A DNA stretch of 39,745 bases from Trichomonas gallinae (Eukaryota), in NCBI GenBank assembly GCA_008369845.1, contig MRSU01000065.1, forward strand, positions 1-39,745, given 5' to 3'. Made by a program: the position numbers and the translations under genes. Position 1 is the stretch's first letter, and the number at the start of each line of letters is the position of its first letter. The notes under the pieces were generated by a model. It saw only the letters and a list, made by a program, of their open reading frames with translations. It was not told the DNA's origin and did not search any database. This document shows positions 29,501-35,500 of this stretch, piece after piece.

Positions 29501-32500
29501 TCGATATCCATTGCGAGTCTTTCAATGATGACTGGCATTGCGACATCATTAGATACAGCTGAAAGCTGCTGAATATCATGCTGCAGCTGTGGCAGCATCG
29601 TCTTTAATTCGACAATGTTTGCTTGCGCGAGCGAAACTGCTCCGATATCTGCAACATTTGTCTCCAATGTACTCTGAGCCTGCTGAATGTCATAATATTT
29701 CGTCTTGACTTCGTTGAAAGCATATTTGATTCTATCCTGTGTCTGGTTATCAAGCTTGGAAAGAACATCTGGCGCCAAAATCGCTTCTTGGTTATTGACA
29801 AGATAAGCGAGATCGTTTGTGATCTTCGATGTTGTGACAGAAGTAATATTTCTTGATGAAATGAGATCTTCCTGGTGTTTGATCTGCATTAAGACTTGGT
29901 AATAAACAGAATAAAGATATGCTGCAGTCTGATCACTATTATATGGATACAATTCAGTGATCAAATCAGTTATATCTGCATCAACTTTGCTAAGCTCTGA
30001 AATGCATTCGAATCTCAATGCATCGTTTGCTGGAGACTGGGAAAGGTTGATAAGCAGCTGCTTGAGATTTGCAATGGACTGATTTGCAATGCTGAACAGT
30101 GATAAGACATGCTGTGGAATGTTTTGAAGATTTGGAGAATTCAAATCTAATGAAGACAAGGTATCAACAGTAACCAAAATTGTTTCATCGCCTGGAAGCG
30201 AAACAGCTCTTGATGCATTTGATGAACGCGACTCTGTAGCTGCTGATGAGTGTTGTTCGATGGCAGCTGATGAATGCTGTTCAACGTTTTCAATGATGAT
30301 TGGCTGGCCAGGAGTTTCTTCGATGAATGTTGGTCTCGCTGAAATTGATTGTCTCTCCATTAATATTGATGGTCTTGATGAAATCGAGACCCTCTCCTCC
30401 ATGATCTTCTTATCTTCATCATTTGTGATGATCTCGTTGACATTTCTCACGAGCTCTTTGAGTTTCCTGATTGATTTGACCGTGACAGGTAGATCAACGT
30501 TCTTTTCTCTTGCCAATGCAACGATTTCGTTTAGCTTTTGAATGTGGCTAGCAATCATTGGAATGTGCGGCTTGATGTGGATATTGAACTGCGAGGAGCT
30601 TTGTGCGTCTTTGATGGTTCCAGCAAGAACAGTCAGTGTCGAAGAAGATCCTTGCAATGACTGAATGATTGAGCTGACATCGATGCCGGCGGATGCTGCA
30701 TATAAAAGGAGCTCGTTAGCAATTTTGTCTTCTCTTGCTGATATACTGATAAGATCTTTAGTAATTGGAGGTGCCTCGACTTCTGGCTGCATCGAGAATG
30801 TTTGTTGATCTTGGATCCTTTCGATGAGCTGAACCTTGGCAGTTTCTGTTCTTTCTATTGTTGGCTTGACAATAGAAATAGTTGACTGTATCTTGTTCTG
30901 GATTTCGGCAACATATGGAGTAATGTCTTGGTTGCTCTGAACTAAATTCTGCGTTGTTGAAACGAGAGAATCAATCTGTGTATAGATCTGTGAGAACTGA
31001 TCTCTCAAGTCATCGTTGTAAGTCGAATCAACGAAGTTTCCGATTTGATCGTTGATTGTCGCCAACTGCTGGAATAATGCTTGTGCGCCAATGTCAACAA
31101 TCTTTTCTTCATTTAGATCGAGCTTGATTTCAATGGCATTGAGAAGATTCTCTGCACGAGAAATATTGAGGCCTTCTTCATTTGCACGCCAAACTATGTC
31201 TTCTTCTTTGATTTCGACGTCATCACCTTTATCATTGTCTAAATTGATCTTGTTGAACTGATAGGAATCATCCAATGTTATGTTTTCGAGATTAGGAACA
31301 TCGAAAAGCTCGACTTTCTTTTCTTCCTTCAACACATCGTCGATATTGATTTCGACGTTATTGATGTGCTCTTCGAAGTGGTTCATGAAGTCCATATCAT
31401 CGAGATAGACATCATCTTCGCCATCTTCATTAGATGTTTCATTTTGTTGTACGATTGGCTCTTCGAATGCAATTGTCGAAAGTTTGCCCATTGTGAGCGA
31501 AATTCTCTGGCCATTGTTGATGAAGCATGAGCCTTCTGTGCCAATCTGTACGCACTGGAACTCATCGAGCTGGTACAAGTAGATGAGGTTGATGATATAC
31601 ATACCAATTCTCTTGTAATCATCTGAATAGATGTTGAAGTAAATCTCTTCTGTTTGATCTAATGCTGAAATCATAACTTTTTCGTTGCCGATTTCGTTCG
31701 TGAGAATTGTGCCAATCGAGAAGTTGTAGATGATGTTGTTATCGTTGTTTGCATCCCTGATCATGATTCTCCATGGATTCATGCAGAGTTTGCCGATGAT
31801 TTGGCTGTTGTAATTAAGAGAATGTATGTTTGTAATGTATGTTTCTTCGCTGAATCCTCTGTAATCCATGATGAGACCGATGTAGTAGAACATGGCTGGT
31901 GTTTTATCAAGGACAGGAAGATGTGTCAAGAAAGCGAGTAACTTCTTCTTGAACATCTCGCTGATCTCGAAATCAGCTGGGCATATTGAGTTCCATTCTG
32001 GTCTCTTCAATGTGCTGACCATCAAAGTGACAGCACTTGGATTCTCAGCCATTGCATACAAAGATAAAGCAATTAACTGAGTCATTGAATCATCGCTGAC
32101 ATTGATTATCCTGTTGATGACGAGATACTTGCAATCATTGTAAACAGAGCTCAAGATTGTGTAATCGCGGAGCATCTGGTTGGAATACAAGAAGTATCTT
32201 CTCTTGACGAGAATAGGAACAGAAAGATTCGCCTGGAAAACAAGTGGCTGCATAATGTCGAGTGGTATATAGTCTCCTTCATCTTCTCTTATCCAGCATG
32301 TGTAGCCGATCCATGTTCCATATCCGAATTCATTGCAAACGTCTTTGAGGAGATCTTCGACTTTTGTCATAGATGGGAATGTCTTTGTCACAACAACATT
32401 TGAAATGGAAATGAACTTGGCAGTAGAAGATTCATCCAACAGAATGAGTCCATCTCCATCTGTAGCATCGATTGACATGAGATTTTCTGTCGTCAACAAT

Positions 32501-35500
32501 CTCCTGTATTCGTTGTTCTGGCCCTGGTGAACGAGGATATATTTGCCGGATGCATATGGCATGACTAAGAAGTAGCAGATGACTTTGATGATGCTCTCGT
32601 AGTCGAGTGTTGTGGAGATGCTGAACTGCGGTGGATCTGTGATGAACATTCTCTTCGAGACCAAAACATCGATGAGGCCAGCCCTGTTGTCGAGGATTGC
32701 CTGCAATTCTGGTGTGACTTTCTGGAGCTCTTCTCTCTTGGTGAGATATGGATAGAAGATGTACTTGTATGATCTGAGGAGAATGAACATTTCGTAGACA
32801 TCAGGTGTCGTGAAAATGAATGTTTTGACTCTTCCTGTAACGAGAGAAACGCGGACAACCAAGTGATCAATCATGCGGCTGAAATCGCAAACGTAGTTGT
32901 AAGTTATTTTCTCGTCCAAGTCGACAATTTTTTCGACTTCATCCTCGAAGCCTCTGACTCTACCAAATATGTGAACACCAAGTGGGCCAATAGAAACAGT
33001 CACTTCTTGTGCCGCAAGAATGAACTGATCATCTGTCATCTGGACTTTGAACAAGGTGCAGCCGAAATGCAATGTTTGCTTAGCAATGCCGATGTATTTC
33101 TGCATGGCGATGTCCCTGTGGATGAGTTTTCCGTTGCGGATTGTATCCATAATGTATTGCTCGTGGATTTTAGATCCATCTGTGCCAACTGGATAGAGCT
33201 TGTCCATTGGTGGAATTGTGATCTTCATTGGATCCTTCTCGCGGTTATCTGCGTAGATTGAGTAGATCGCGAGCTCTGTTGCTTTTGTGTCTGATGTGAC
33301 TGGGACACCAGACATGATGTTCTTCTTGACATCCTGGTAGAATGAGCGACAGATGTACGGGAAGAATCTGTCTGAGTGTGTGAAGACGAGGAACCTTCTG
33401 ATGAATAAGAATTCGAATTTGCCTGTGTACTGCTCAGGAATAGAAAGCCAGAGATCAAGTGGTGTTGGCGCCTTTCCTGGATTGTCAACATATAATGTAA
33501 GGCCAGCTGGATACTCGATGTTGAAGCATTCGCCAAGGATTGGAATGATCTGATGAAGTGGATGAGTGATATTGACGTAAATATCGATTGTTGTGTCGTT
33601 GTATGTGACTTGGATCTGGAAGATTGTCGGATACAGTGTCAGCCACATGTTGTCGCATGGGAAGTAATGTCCGAGAATGTCCTTTGGATGGATCCAGCGA
33701 TATTCATCGTTCGTGAGTTTGAGGAGTGGCGTCCATTCTCGTGATGCTTCAAGATGCAAAGCTCTGACAGCTCTCTTCCTGACCATTTCACCTGTGTATC
33801 TCATGTCGAACGCGATGTTGAGGATGCGCTGCTTCTTATCGTCCCATCTCTTTGACTTGAGAACGACTCTGTCGATTGACGTATTGACGTCTTCAGTCTT
33901 CGGATTGAAGCCTTCTCTTCTCATGTCGAGGAAGATGTTGTAGAGCTCAACTGTTCTGTTAATGAATGCGTGTGGACGCTCAGGATTATTCAGGATGCAC
34001 AAGATCTGCGCTGGCTCATCTGAATCGTCCTGTGAGAACTTGACAGCGAGTTCGTTTGCTATTGTTTCGCACTTGATGAAGTGTCTGTACTCGCATATGG
34101 TGAAAGTGCGTGTGAGATCCTCTGAGACAACGCGAACAGTCTGCGGGCTCGCAACCATCAGCGCTGAGATGTCTGCTCTTGTTCCTTTCTTGAATTTGAC
34201 GTAAGTAATTTCGACACTGATGGATCCGAAAGTTGGAAGTGTTCTCGCGAGTGCTATGTATTTGAACATTGCATCTTTGTGGCCTTTGCATGGCTTGTGC
34301 TTCATCATGCTCCAAAGTTCTGACTTCGTCGTCTTATTAACTTTGAAGTGAGGTGGGAAAAGTGGCTCCAAAATCTCCGGGAGCTCTTCTTTCTTCGGTT
34401 TGTGCTTAGACTCAGCAATTAAAGCGTAGCCAGCTAGTTCGAGTGCGACATCGCGAATCATAGAAACTTCTCCACTCAAGATGAGATCTTTCGCGTCGTA
34501 ATAAAGAATCTTAAGAGCGCTGTGATCTGTGAGTTCTGTCTTGTTGATGACGAAGAAGTATCTGAAGAAGTAGAGCGTGTCGTATTGCCTTGTCTGCTCT
34601 GGAATTGTCAATGTTGTGTTGAGTGGAACCATCTTGTTATCTTCCTTGTAGAAGAATGTATATCCTTGGCAGAATGTGATGTCAAACAAGACGCCAACTT
34701 TGGGAATGAGCGATGTAACTGGTTCATCGATCGAAACAGTCATCGTTGACTTCTTGCCGAAGATGTTGACGAAAGTGATCTTCGCGAACTGTGGATGGAA
34801 GTAGATGATTGACTCGCGATATGGCTGAGCATCTCTTAAGACCATTCCTGGCTTCAACCATTTGATGATGCCTTTGAGAACTTGAACCATTGTTGAGTAT
34901 GGAGTGTTAGGATCATGTGGGAGCTGTGAAAGCAATGTTTTTGCGAGTTCTTCTTGCGGAGTGTCGATGTCGAACCATTGTGCTGGCTTGAGAATGTTGT
35001 CGCTGAGGAGACCAAACCTCAAGTCGACCATAGGACCATGAACAACGCCTTTCTCGTCCTTCCAGCCACCTGAGAGTCTCAAAGCCATTTCTTCGAGTCT
35101 CTTCTTCTCCATCTCGCGGTTGAAGATTGCGACTTGTCTCATGATCTTCAAGTTGTATGAGATGACGCAGTCCATGTCGTTGACATTATCACTCGTGAAC
35201 GTACCGTAAACTATCCTTCCTGTTTTAGGAGGATATTGGTACTTGATGATGTAGTTGTTTCCGATAATATAGAAACCTTTAAGCGAGTGATATGTGATTT
35301 TCTCGACGACTGGCTTTCCTTTTGCATTGAGGATAGAAAGCTGGAGTGGTGTGATGACGAATGTGCCGTGCTGAGCTTCTCTTGGTGGATCGAAGTCATC
35401 CCAGTAATGCTCGAATGTGAAAGATTCTGAACCAAATCCTTCGATTTTTCTGACAAGTCCGATGTACTTCTTCGCGGCGCTTTTCTGAGTCATATCTTCT

